From an uncultured Spirochaetota bacterium (GTDB lineage: Bacteria > Spirochaetota > UBA4802 > UBA5550), in NCBI GenBank assembly GCA_963827275.1, contig CAWHAA010000007.1, positions 32,001 through 96,000 of the forward strand: a stretch of 64,000 nucleotides of DNA, in the 5' to 3' direction. A program made the position numbers and the translations under genes. Positions 1-8,374 of this stretch are shown here, one piece after another. Position 1 is the stretch's first letter; every line of letters begins with the position of its first letter. The notes beneath the pieces are model-generated. The model did no database searches, was not told the DNA's origin, and saw nothing but the letters and a program-made list of their open reading frames with translations.

Positions 1-1170
1 CACGGCGGAAGGTTCGACATGTTCTACACGCTCCATTCGATCCCCACGATAGGGTTCAAGATGGAGTTCCAGGACCAGACCTTCGTGTATTCGTCTGACC
101 ATAACAATGACCCCGGCGTCCACCGCGAGCTGCTGGACGGGGGCTTTATAACCCCGGAACGGCACCGCGAGCTGGGCAGTTTCCCGTGGGACTCGAAGGT
201 AATCTACCATGAGTCGGGCATCGCCCCGCTGCACACTCCCATCGCGATCCTGAACGCGCTGCCGAAGAAGATCAGGAAGAAGATCGTGGTGTACCACATC
301 GCCAGGAAGGACTTCCCCGCGAAGACCGCGCTGACGCTCGCGAAGTTCGGCATGGAAAACACCCTCTATTTCAGGACGTCGCACCCGCGGTTCGAGACCG
401 CCTACCAGATCATGGGCATCCTGAAAAACCTCGACTTTTTCGAGGCGCTGCCGATCTCCAAGGCCCAGGAGTTCCTGGACATTGTCGAGGAGGAGCGCTA
501 TAAAAAGGGGGACGTGGTCATACGGAAGGGGAGCGCCGGGGACAAGTTCTATATCATCTATTCCGGCAACGTGTCGGTCGACAGCGGCGGGCTCGAGGAG
601 AAAAAAATCTACGGCACCTTTGACTATTTCGGCGAGGTGGCCCTCGTCACCGACCAGGCCAGGGCCGCCGACGTCGTCGCGGAAACCGACCTGGTCGTTT
701 ATTCGATAAGCAGGGAAAAATTCCAGAATTTCATCGTGGGCACCGAGTTCGAGAACACCCTGAACCGTCTCGCCCGCATACGCAACAGCGAGACCTGGAA
801 CCTTCTTTCCTCGAGCAATTTTTTCCGGTACTGCACTTCTTCGCAGAAGACCTGGCTTGAGTCTATCTTCATTCCAATCGAGGTGAAGAAGCCCGGGGCC
901 ATCATAAGCGAAGGGGACGACGTGCGGTACATCTACATTATCAGGAACGGCGAGGTCGAGGTCTCCAGGAAGGGGAAGGGGGTCGCGGTGCTGAAACGCG
1001 GCGATTTTATCGGATCGGTGCAGGGCCTCGGGCAAAACGAGCCGTCGGAGTACACCTTCTCGAACCGCGGGCCCGTGTCGCTCTACGGCATGGACAGCGC
1101 TGATATCAAGAGGTTCATTGAAAAAAACCCCGGCCTCCTCATGAAGCTGGTGTACAATTTTAAGCCATGA
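1..1170 (+). CDS. MBL-fold/phosphodiesterase-like protein with two C-terminal cyclic nucleotide-binding domains (5' truncated by window edge)
   Basis: Frame open from position 1. HSIPT..YSSDH resembles the C-terminal half of an MBL fold. Two cNMP domains follow (G..GDKFYIIYSG...FGEVAL...RAADVVA; G....IYIIRNGEV...GDFIG). Confidence 0.75.
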   Translation, partial: HGGRFDMFYTLHSIPTIGFKMEFQDQTFVYSSDHNNDPGVHRELLDGGFITPERHRELGSFPWDSKVIYHESGIAPLHTPIAILNALPKKIRKKIVVYHIARKDFPAKTALTLAKFGMENTLYFRTSHPRFETAYQIMGILKNLDFFEALPISKAQEFLDIVEEERYKKGDVVIRKGSAGDKFYIIYSGNVSVDSGGLEEKKIYGTFDYFGEVALVTDQARAADVVAETDLVVYSISREKFQNFIVGTEFENTLNRLARIRNSETWNLLSSSNFFRYCTSSQKTWLESIFIPIEVKKPGAIISEGDDVRYIYIIRNGEVEVSRKGKGVAVLKRGDFIGSVQGLGQNEPSEYTFSNRGPVSLYGMDSADIKRFIEKNPGLLMKLVYNFKP

Positions 1171-1300
1171 CAGGCGCGGCCTCGCGGCCGCTTAAATTTA
1201 TCTTGACGAATCGGCCGGCGGACCATTAATTGCAGAAATTCAATAATAACGCCATGCACCCGGCCGGCACATCGTCCGGGTGCACTATTATAAACGGTAT

Positions 1301-2752
1301 ATGTTATTCAATTCAGTCACATTCCTGTTCTTTTTTCTCCCCATCACCCTGCTGATCTTTTTTTTCCTGAGGAACAGGCCGGCGGCGAGAAACGTGTTTC
1401 TCCTGGTCATGAGCCTTGTCTTCTACTACGCGGGGGAGAAGGCCTACACGCTGCTTCTGCTGGCCGTGTTTTTCATGAACTACGGGTTCGGGATCTGGAT
1501 ATCGCGCGCCGGCGAGAGGCGCAAGGCGGTGCTTGCCGTTTCCATTGTCTTCAACATGCTGCCGCTGGTCGTTTTTAAGTACACGAATTTTATTCTCGCG
1601 AACATCAATGAGCTGATAGAGCTGTTTGGCGGCACAGCGCTCCCCGTGCCGAAAATCCATCTTCCGATCGGGATATCGTTTTTCACCTTCGCGATGATTT
1701 CCTACGTCATGGACGTGTACCGGGGCAATGCGCCCGCCGCAAAGAGCCCGGTGCCGCTCGCTCTGTTCCTGACCCTCTGGCCCAAGATGCTGCAGGGGCC
1801 CATCACCCGCTACGCGACCGTCGCCCGCGACATGGTCGAGCGCCGCGTCACTACCGAGGATTTCATCTACGGGGTACGGCGGTTTGTCATCGGCCTCGGA
1901 AAAAAGATGATTATCGCGAACGCCATCAGCGGGACCGTGGAGCGCCTGTTCGCCACTCCGGCCAGCGAGCTTTCTGCCGCGGTCGCGTGGCTCGCGGTGT
2001 TTACCTATCTGATGCACCTGTACTACGATTTTTCCGGATATACTGACATGGCGATCGGTCTCGGGCGGATGATCGGGTTCAAGCTCCCCGAGAATTTCCG
2101 CTATCCCTTCGTGAGCACCTCGATGCGGGTGTTCTGGCAGCGGTGGCATATCACCCTCATGTCATGGTTCCGGGATTACGTGTATTTCCCGCTGGGCGGG
2201 AGCAGGGTCAACAGGGCGCGCCATTACGCGAACCTGGTGTTCGTGTTCGTCCTCACCGGCCTCTGGCACGGCTCAAGCTGGGGCTTCATCCTCTGGGGGC
2301 TGATGAACGGCCTGCTCCTGGTGCTCGAGCGTTTCCTGCCGGAGGATTTCTTCGACCGGCTCTGGCGCCCGGTCGGCATCGCGTACGTGAACCTCGCCTT
2401 CATGCTGCAGGCCGTCTTTTTCAGGTCGAGCACCATCGATTACGCCTTCAAGCTGTTCGCCGCGATGTTCGGCTTCAACGACGCCGGCGCGATTACCACC
2501 ACGATGTCGCTTGTCATGAACTCCGAGCTCGGCTTCGGGATTGCGCTCGGACTGGCGGGATACGCGCCGATCATCCCCGCCATGCGGGACCGTCTTGCCG
2601 CGTTTGTGGAGAAGCAGGAGGGGGCCGCCGGAACAATGGCACGCGCCGCGCACGGCGCCGTCATGGCGCTGATCTTCATCGGTATAATAATTCTATCATA
2701 CATGGCGGTGGCGAGCGAAACCTTTACACCGTTTGTGTACGGGCAATTCTAG
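1301..2752 (+). CDS. algI: MBOAT family O-acyltransferase (AlgI/PatA/DltB-like)
   Basis: MLFNS..FLFFFLP start, LPIGISFFTF, GPI.RY, YYDFSGYTDMAIGLG, FWQRWHITL, catalytic His in TGLWHG; ends F.YGQF. Confidence 0.9.
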   Translation: MLFNSVTFLFFFLPITLLIFFFLRNRPAARNVFLLVMSLVFYYAGEKAYTLLLLAVFFMNYGFGIWISRAGERRKAVLAVSIVFNMLPLVVFKYTNFILANINELIELFGGTALPVPKIHLPIGISFFTFAMISYVMDVYRGNAPAAKSPVPLALFLTLWPKMLQGPITRYATVARDMVERRVTTEDFIYGVRRFVIGLGKKMIIANAISGTVERLFATPASELSAAVAWLAVFTYLMHLYYDFSGYTDMAIGLGRMIGFKLPENFRYPFVSTSMRVFWQRWHITLMSWFRDYVYFPLGGSRVNRARHYANLVFVFVLTGLWHGSSWGFILWGLMNGLLLVLERFLPEDFFDRLWRPVGIAYVNLAFMLQAVFFRSSTIDYAFKLFAAMFGFNDAGAITTTMSLVMNSELGFGIALGLAGYAPIIPAMRDRLAAFVEKQEGAAGTMARAAHGAVMALIFIGIIILSYMAVASETFTPFVYGQF

Positions 2753-2761
2753 GAGCATGGC

Positions 2762-3916
2762 ATGACGGGACACAGGTCCATATCCATAACCGGCATGGTG
2801 TTGGCGGTGATATTCCTCGCGAGCCTCTGGCTCCCGATGATTGATAATTGCTTCAACCTCTTTCCCTCGATAACCGGGAATGAAAAGAGCCAGTTGTCGA
2901 TGCTTCCCGAAATCGGGCCGGACCGGAAATCAGTGGTCGATTTTTATAATAAGTTCGTGAAATATTTTATCGATAATTTTGGTTTCCGTACTGCCCTGAT
3001 ACGCTGGAACAGCCTTCTGAAGCTCAAGCTGTTAAAGGTCGAGGAGTTCCCCAAGGTACTGGTCGGAAAGGATGACTGGCTCTACCTTATCAAAGATGAC
3101 GAAGGGAACAATGCGCTCGATTATTATCGCGTCACACGGCCCTTTGCCTCGGATAAAGAGATCGCCGTATGGGTACAGCCGCTGCTGGAGGTAAAGTCGC
3201 GGTGTGAAAAAAAAGGCGCCCGGTTCATCCTCGCGTTCGCCCCGATGAAGACCCGCATATATCCGGAATATATCCCCCGCCACCTGGAGCCGCTGAGGAG
3301 CAGGACCCGGCTTGACCAGGTCGTGGAGTACCTTGAAAAAAATACCGATCTCACCTGTGTGGACATGGGCCGTGCGGTCCTCGATGGGAAGAAAAATCAT
3401 GTTGTTTTTCTGAAGCACGATGTTCACTGGAACGGGTACGGGTCGTTTTACGCCTATACGATGCTTGCGGACTCACTGGCGCGGTTCTATCCGGGGATGG
3501 AACCCCGGGCCATGGATGATTACGCACTGGAAACCGGGGTGATCCAGGGGGGGGACCTGGCGTCAATGCTCGGGCTGAAAGACATGTTCTCGGAAACGGT
3601 ATACCTCTTGAAACCAAAGTTTGCTGAGCGGGCGAAGAGGGTCCCGGTGTCATATCCGGTGAAGAGCAGCAGGTTTTCCGATGCGTTTGAATCGCACGAC
3701 GCCACTCGTCCGCGCGCGCTCGTCTTTCATGATTCGTTCTTTAATTTTATCAAACCGTATCTCTCAGAGCATTTCAGCCGCATGGCGTGTTTCCAGAGCT
3801 ATAACCGCATTGATCTTACGCTCCTGGACAGGGAAAAGCCTGATGTCGTCATTTATGAGATGGCTGAGAGCTTTATCCAGAAATCTCCCGCGTATGTGAC
3901 TCTGCTGGGTAATTAA
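2762..3916 (+). CDS. AlgJ/AlgX-like SGNH O-acetyltransferase
   Basis: N-terminal TM helix, DNFGFR, VLVGKDDWLY, DxHWN motif (HDVHWN), GDLA, HDSF; lies 9 bp after the MBOAT gene. Confidence 0.85.
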   Translation: MTGHRSISITGMVLAVIFLASLWLPMIDNCFNLFPSITGNEKSQLSMLPEIGPDRKSVVDFYNKFVKYFIDNFGFRTALIRWNSLLKLKLLKVEEFPKVLVGKDDWLYLIKDDEGNNALDYYRVTRPFASDKEIAVWVQPLLEVKSRCEKKGARFILAFAPMKTRIYPEYIPRHLEPLRSRTRLDQVVEYLEKNTDLTCVDMGRAVLDGKKNHVVFLKHDVHWNGYGSFYAYTMLADSLARFYPGMEPRAMDDYALETGVIQGGDLASMLGLKDMFSETVYLLKPKFAERAKRVPVSYPVKSSRFSDAFESHDATRPRALVFHDSFFNFIKPYLSEHFSRMACFQSYNRIDLTLLDREKPDVVIYEMAESFIQKSPAYVTLLGN

Positions 3917-4392
3917 TCCGGCAGAGGGCAGCCGGGATGATCGGCAGGGCTGTCCGGGAATATGTATTTTTCAATGTTTCGTGGGTATCCCCAGATGAAT
4001 TTCCAGCAGATTATGCTATCAATATATTCTTTGATAATAATATAATTTTTATACCGATTGTTATCGGTAATATTATTTTTTAATATAGAATTTAAGAATT
4101 TATTTACTGCATAAGCAAGAATCAACGAAACCGACATCTTAAGAAGCTTCCTCAAATCCAGAAAGAACTCATACTCATCCATGCGCATCCGCAGATGGAA
4201 CCTGTGCCAGTCCTCCGGCCTGCTTTTCTTTTGATAGCGGACCATCATGCCCAGGCGGCCTGGATCGGGGATTTCATTCATGGCATTTTTTAACAATAGT
4301 ATAATCATTTCCGATCGCGAAATCCTTTTTATGCTGGCCGCCCGGGCCAACTTTTCTAAAATTGAATTATGCAGATTCAACGTTGTTTCCAT
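3913..4392 (-). CDS. DUF1564-like hypothetical protein (ribbon-helix-helix-like)
   Basis: 159-aa AT-rich ORF; RYQ...W....LR...EYEFFLDLRKLLKMSVSLIL resembles the Leptospira DUF1564 family (from memory). Confidence 0.55.
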   Translation of the reverse strand: METTLNLHNSILEKLARAASIKRISRSEMIILLLKNAMNEIPDPGRLGMMVRYQKKSRPEDWHRFHLRMRMDEYEFFLDLRKLLKMSVSLILAYAVNKFLNSILKNNITDNNRYKNYIIIKEYIDSIICWKFIWGYPRNIEKYIFPDSPADHPGCPLPD

Positions 4393-4568
4393 TCGTTCCC
4401 ACCATCCGGATTTAATGTATTGCTTCTGGTTATACGAATGGCAAGATGATAATGTTAAAAAAATTATTGTCTTACGGATTAGTGGCTTGATATTTCGGTA
4501 TCCGTATGGGCACTGTAGCAGCGGTCATTTGCCGGTAATCAAATTAATAGCTTATAGTGAGAATAGCG

Positions 4569-5702
4569 ATGTCAAAAGTTGCTCTGGTCCGCTGTGAAAC
4601 CTATGACTTGCGGGAGGTTCGGGAAGCAGTCAGAAGGGGCCTGGGTCTCCTGGGCGGCGCAGTGCGGTACGCGAAAAAGGGTCAGAAGCTGTTGCTCAAG
4701 CCGAATCTCCTCGTGGGGGACCTGCCGGAACGATGTGTGAATACGCACCCGTCTGTGTTCAGGGCCGTAGCAGAGGAATTTCTCGGCACCGGTGCCCTGG
4801 TCAGCTGGGGTGATTCCCCCGGATTCGGGAGTATGACAGGGGCGGCACGGAAGCCGGGGATCCTCGCTGCAGCACGGGAGCTGGGCCTGGCGGATGCGGA
4901 TTTCAGCACGCCTGTTGATCTGTTTTATGAAAGGGGCGGTCAGAACAGGAAATTTGTCATAGCTAAAGCGGTGGTTGATAATGATGTGATAATCAGCCTG
5001 CCAAAGCTTAAAACCCACGGCTTTGAAAAGTTGACCGGCGCTGTCAAGAACCAGTTCGGATGCGTTCCGGGAGTCAGGAAGGGGGAATATCATCTAAAGC
5101 TCCAGGACCACAACGATTTTGCGCGGATGCTGGTGGATCTGAACAACCTGGTCCACCCGGCCCTGTACATCATGGACGGCATCTGGGCCATGGAGGGGAA
5201 CGGCCCCCGCGGCGGTAGGCCGCGTAACATGAACGTGCTTCTTTTCTCTGAAGACCCGATCGCCCTCGATGCGACTGTATGCAGGCTGATATCAATCAAT
5301 CCCGAGTTTGTCCCGACAATACAATTGGGCAGCCGTGCCGGCGCGGGGTCATACAGGGCGGATGATATCGAGCTCCTCGGTGATGACCTTTCCGGTTTTA
5401 TACAACCCGGCTTCGATATTCATCGCGGACCCCTCAAGCCGTATCGGTCGAAGGGGATCGTCCGTTTTATTAATAACAGGCTCGTGCCGAAACCTTACAT
5501 CAAGAGAGATGCATGCATATCCTGCGGCTTGTGCGTTTCCATGTGCCCCACGAATCCTAAATCCGTAGATTGGGCCGGGGATGACATGAAACATCCGCCC
5601 GTGCATAATTATGCCACCTGTATCCGGTGCTATTGCTGTCAGGAGATCTGCCCGGAAAGCGCGATTGAGCTGAGCGTCCCATTGCTGAGAAGAATTTTTT
5701 AG
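4569..5702 (+). CDS. DUF362 domain protein with C-terminal 2x[4Fe-4S] domain
   Basis: LLKPNLL, THP, SLPKLKTH, TGAVKNQFG, MEGNGP, DPIALD; C-terminal CISCGLCVSMCP and CIRCYCCQEICP. Confidence 0.9.
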   Translation: MSKVALVRCETYDLREVREAVRRGLGLLGGAVRYAKKGQKLLLKPNLLVGDLPERCVNTHPSVFRAVAEEFLGTGALVSWGDSPGFGSMTGAARKPGILAAARELGLADADFSTPVDLFYERGGQNRKFVIAKAVVDNDVIISLPKLKTHGFEKLTGAVKNQFGCVPGVRKGEYHLKLQDHNDFARMLVDLNNLVHPALYIMDGIWAMEGNGPRGGRPRNMNVLLFSEDPIALDATVCRLISINPEFVPTIQLGSRAGAGSYRADDIELLGDDLSGFIQPGFDIHRGPLKPYRSKGIVRFINNRLVPKPYIKRDACISCGLCVSMCPTNPKSVDWAGDDMKHPPVHNYATCIRCYCCQEICPESAIELSVPLLRRIF

Positions 5703-5950
5703 CCTGTACCGATAATTCATTTATTTCATTAAAGATATTATTTGAATAATGAAAAAAGCGGTTGACACAAATCTATTAACGGATAGTTTACTGAAAATTA
5801 ATTATACAGATTAAGTTAATATTAGTAACAAAATAGTTGTGATCAGTTAATTATTGTTGATTTTAAAATTAACATTGTATGTCGGATTATAAAAGGTCAT
5901 TTGATTCTATTGAAGACCTTAAATTATAAATATTGAGAAAAGCAACTATA

Positions 5951-6256
5951 ATGAAAATATTAAAACCTCTGATCTGCTGTACTGTCGTATTGATGCTCTC
6001 TTCCGCCTTCATTTCCTGCAAAAAGAAAGGTCCCACTGATTTATCCGAGCTTACCGTAATCGTGGCCTCGCAGAGCGGCAAAGATTACATGGATATTGTC
6101 CACAAGACACATGAACATGCCGGTATTGATTGTTACAAGTGCCATCACAAGTGGGAGAACCCCGACAGGATACGGAACTGCTCAAACTGCCATGTCGATG
6201 ATATCAAAAAGATAACAGGTGATAATTGCCTCAAGTGCCACGTGTCAAAAGACTGA
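5951..6256 (+). CDS. Triheme class III (c3-family) cytochrome, predicted lipoprotein
   Basis: Signal peptide ending AFIS-C; HKTH; three CxxCH motifs (CYKCHH, CSNCH, CLKCH). Confidence 0.85.
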   Translation: MKILKPLICCTVVLMLSSAFISCKKKGPTDLSELTVIVASQSGKDYMDIVHKTHEHAGIDCYKCHHKWENPDRIRNCSNCHVDDIKKITGDNCLKCHVSKD

Positions 6257-6284
6257 CGCCTGGTATTTGGTCTGCCATACTCAT

Positions 6285-6740
6285 ATGCGGAAAGTATTGA
6301 TCCTGGGAATCGGAAATACCCTGTGTGGTGATGATGGTCTCGGTGTGTACATCGTACAGCATATGGCGGAAACGGGAGTCCGCCTCCCGGATGGGGTTGA
6401 GCTCCTGGACGGCGGGACGGCGGGTTTCGACCTGCTCGGCCTGATCGACGGGTATGATAAGATAGTTATTGTCGATGCTCTCAGGGCGGATGATACACCG
6501 GGTAGCATTTACCGGTTCACCCCGGAACATGCCGTAGAACGCCGCGCTCAGTATTCCCTGCATGAAGTAGGCATCATGGAGGTGATCAGAACTCTCCGCA
6601 TTGCCGGCAGCGATCCGGAAATTGAATTTGTCGGGATTGTCCCGGAAAATATTCATGATCTTGAAATAACAATAAGCCAGGCAGTGAAGGGGGCCATCCC
6701 GCGGGCCATGAAAGTGATTATTGATGCCGCAACCCGGTAA
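6285..6740 (+). CDS. Hydrogenase maturation endopeptidase (HybD/HycI family)
   Basis: ILGIGN..CGDDGLG, LLDGGT, IVDA and SLHE motifs; adjacent to hydrogenase genes. Confidence 0.92.
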   Translation: MRKVLILGIGNTLCGDDGLGVYIVQHMAETGVRLPDGVELLDGGTAGFDLLGLIDGYDKIVIVDALRADDTPGSIYRFTPEHAVERRAQYSLHEVGIMEVIRTLRIAGSDPEIEFVGIVPENIHDLEITISQAVKGAIPRAMKVIIDAATR

Positions 6741-6882
6741 TTAAATAACAAATTATTTCAAATTCTAACACTTTTTATTGACAGTTATAGTGGTAATGCA
6801 ATAAATGTTACAATTCATTAAATCAATAAGTCAATTTTCAATTCAAATATAAGCGATTTTAGCAAAGCCATAATGAGAGATA

Positions 6883-7278
6883 GTGAGGTTTGATGTGAGA
6901 ACTACTACCTTGTTCCCCGCACTACTTGCCTTGCTTACTGTGATCATCGTTTCTGCCTGCAGCCTTGACCCATGGGTGACCGGGAAAGAATATCCTGACG
7001 TGGTGCCCATAACAAAAATCACGAAATTCGGGAAATCATCGGACGGGGCGTCTCCGATGAAAAGCAAGGTGGGAACGGTCATATTCTCGCATAAGACCCA
7101 TGAGAAAGAGGGATTGAAGTGTGTAGCATGTCATCATAAGACCGGGAACCCCGAGAGGATCAAGCAGTGCGCCTCCTGTCACATCGGCGATAACGGGTAT
7201 GTAACAATGCATGGCCTCTGCGTTGATTGCCACATCGCCAAAAAGGAAGGCCCTCAGGAGTGCAAACAATGCCACTGA
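6883..7278 (+). CDS. Tetraheme cytochrome c3, predicted lipoprotein
   Basis: GTG start; signal ending IVSA-C; VIFSHKTH; four CxxCH motifs (CVACHH, CASCH, CVDCH, CKQCH) plus distal His in MHGLC. Confidence 0.88.
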   Translation: MRFDVRTTTLFPALLALLTVIIVSACSLDPWVTGKEYPDVVPITKITKFGKSSDGASPMKSKVGTVIFSHKTHEKEGLKCVACHHKTGNPERIKQCASCHIGDNGYVTMHGLCVDCHIAKKEGPQECKQCH

Positions 7279-7384
7279 TGTCGTGTACTATCGGAGATTA
7301 ATCATCCATGCAGTTCGGGATCGGTCATGCGTAGCGTGGGAGCGGTCCGTGCTGCCGCGATTCATAAAAAAGAGGAGGATGTGT

Positions 7385-8371
7385 ATGTCTTTTAACCGGA
7401 GAGACTTCTTGAAGTTGATGGGCGGGACCGCCGCGGCGTTCACCTTCCCCTCGGTCATACTGCAGGGATGCAAGAAGGCGCTGGATCAGGCGGCCGAGCG
7501 CACCCAGGTCATATGGATACAGGCCCAGTCCTGTTCGGGATGCTCTGTTTCGATCCTGAACAAGATGGATCCGGATATTGTTTCAGTTATCACTGAATAC
7601 ATAAGCCTGAACTTCCACCAGACCCTCATGGCGGGGACTGGCCACGTCGCGGTGAGCGTACTGGAAGAAGCGGTCAAGAAAAACAGGAAGGATTTTGTCC
7701 TTATCGTTGAAGGTTCCATCCCCACCAGGGACGACAACTACTGCACCATCGGCGAGATGGACGGCAGGGTGATCGGCGCGCGGGAGTGGATTGAAAAGCT
7801 CGCCTCCAACGCCAAGGCCCTTGTCGCCGTCGGCACCTGCGCGGCCTTCGGCGGCATACCCGCCGGTGAAATGAGGGACGGCACCGGTAACCCGACCGGG
7901 GCAATCAGCCTTGCACGGCTTGTGAAGGGCAAGACGGTTCTGAATATCCCGGGCTGCCCGCCCCATCCTGACTGGATGGTCGGCACATTGCTGCATCTGC
8001 TTCTGAAAGGCATGCCGGAGCTCGATGAATATAACAGGCCGCTGATGTACTACGGCACGACCGTGCACGAAAAGTGCGAGCGCCTGAGCGATTACAAGGC
8101 GGGCAGGTTCGCCAGGCAGTGGGGCGACGAGGGATGCCTCTACAATGTCGGCTGCCTCGGCATGGATTCCTGCTGCGATATCCCCGAGCGGAAATGGCTC
8201 GGCGGCGTCAATAGCTGCACCGGGTGCGGCGCCGGCTGCATCGGCTGCACCGAAGATGTGTTCCCGGATTTCGGCAGGCGGGGCGTGTTCAAGCATCTGA
8301 CCGCGCGCAATGAGAATCTCATCAGGCCGGAGCACCGGGTTCCGGTTTTTAATCACGGGAAGGAGGTGTAG
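7385..8371 (+). CDS. [NiFe]-hydrogenase small subunit (group 1-type), Tat signal
   Basis: RBS AGGAGG at 7373-7378; SFNRRDFLK twin-arginine motif; CSGC, VEGSIP, GTCA, PGCPPHPDW, HEKC, CLY..GC, CIGC. Confidence 0.95.
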   Translation: MSFNRRDFLKLMGGTAAAFTFPSVILQGCKKALDQAAERTQVIWIQAQSCSGCSVSILNKMDPDIVSVITEYISLNFHQTLMAGTGHVAVSVLEEAVKKNRKDFVLIVEGSIPTRDDNYCTIGEMDGRVIGAREWIEKLASNAKALVAVGTCAAFGGIPAGEMRDGTGNPTGAISLARLVKGKTVLNIPGCPPHPDWMVGTLLHLLLKGMPELDEYNRPLMYYGTTVHEKCERLSDYKAGRFARQWGDEGCLYNVGCLGMDSCCDIPERKWLGGVNSCTGCGAGCIGCTEDVFPDFGRRGVFKHLTARNENLIRPEHRVPVFNHGKEV

Positions 8372-8374
8372 GAC

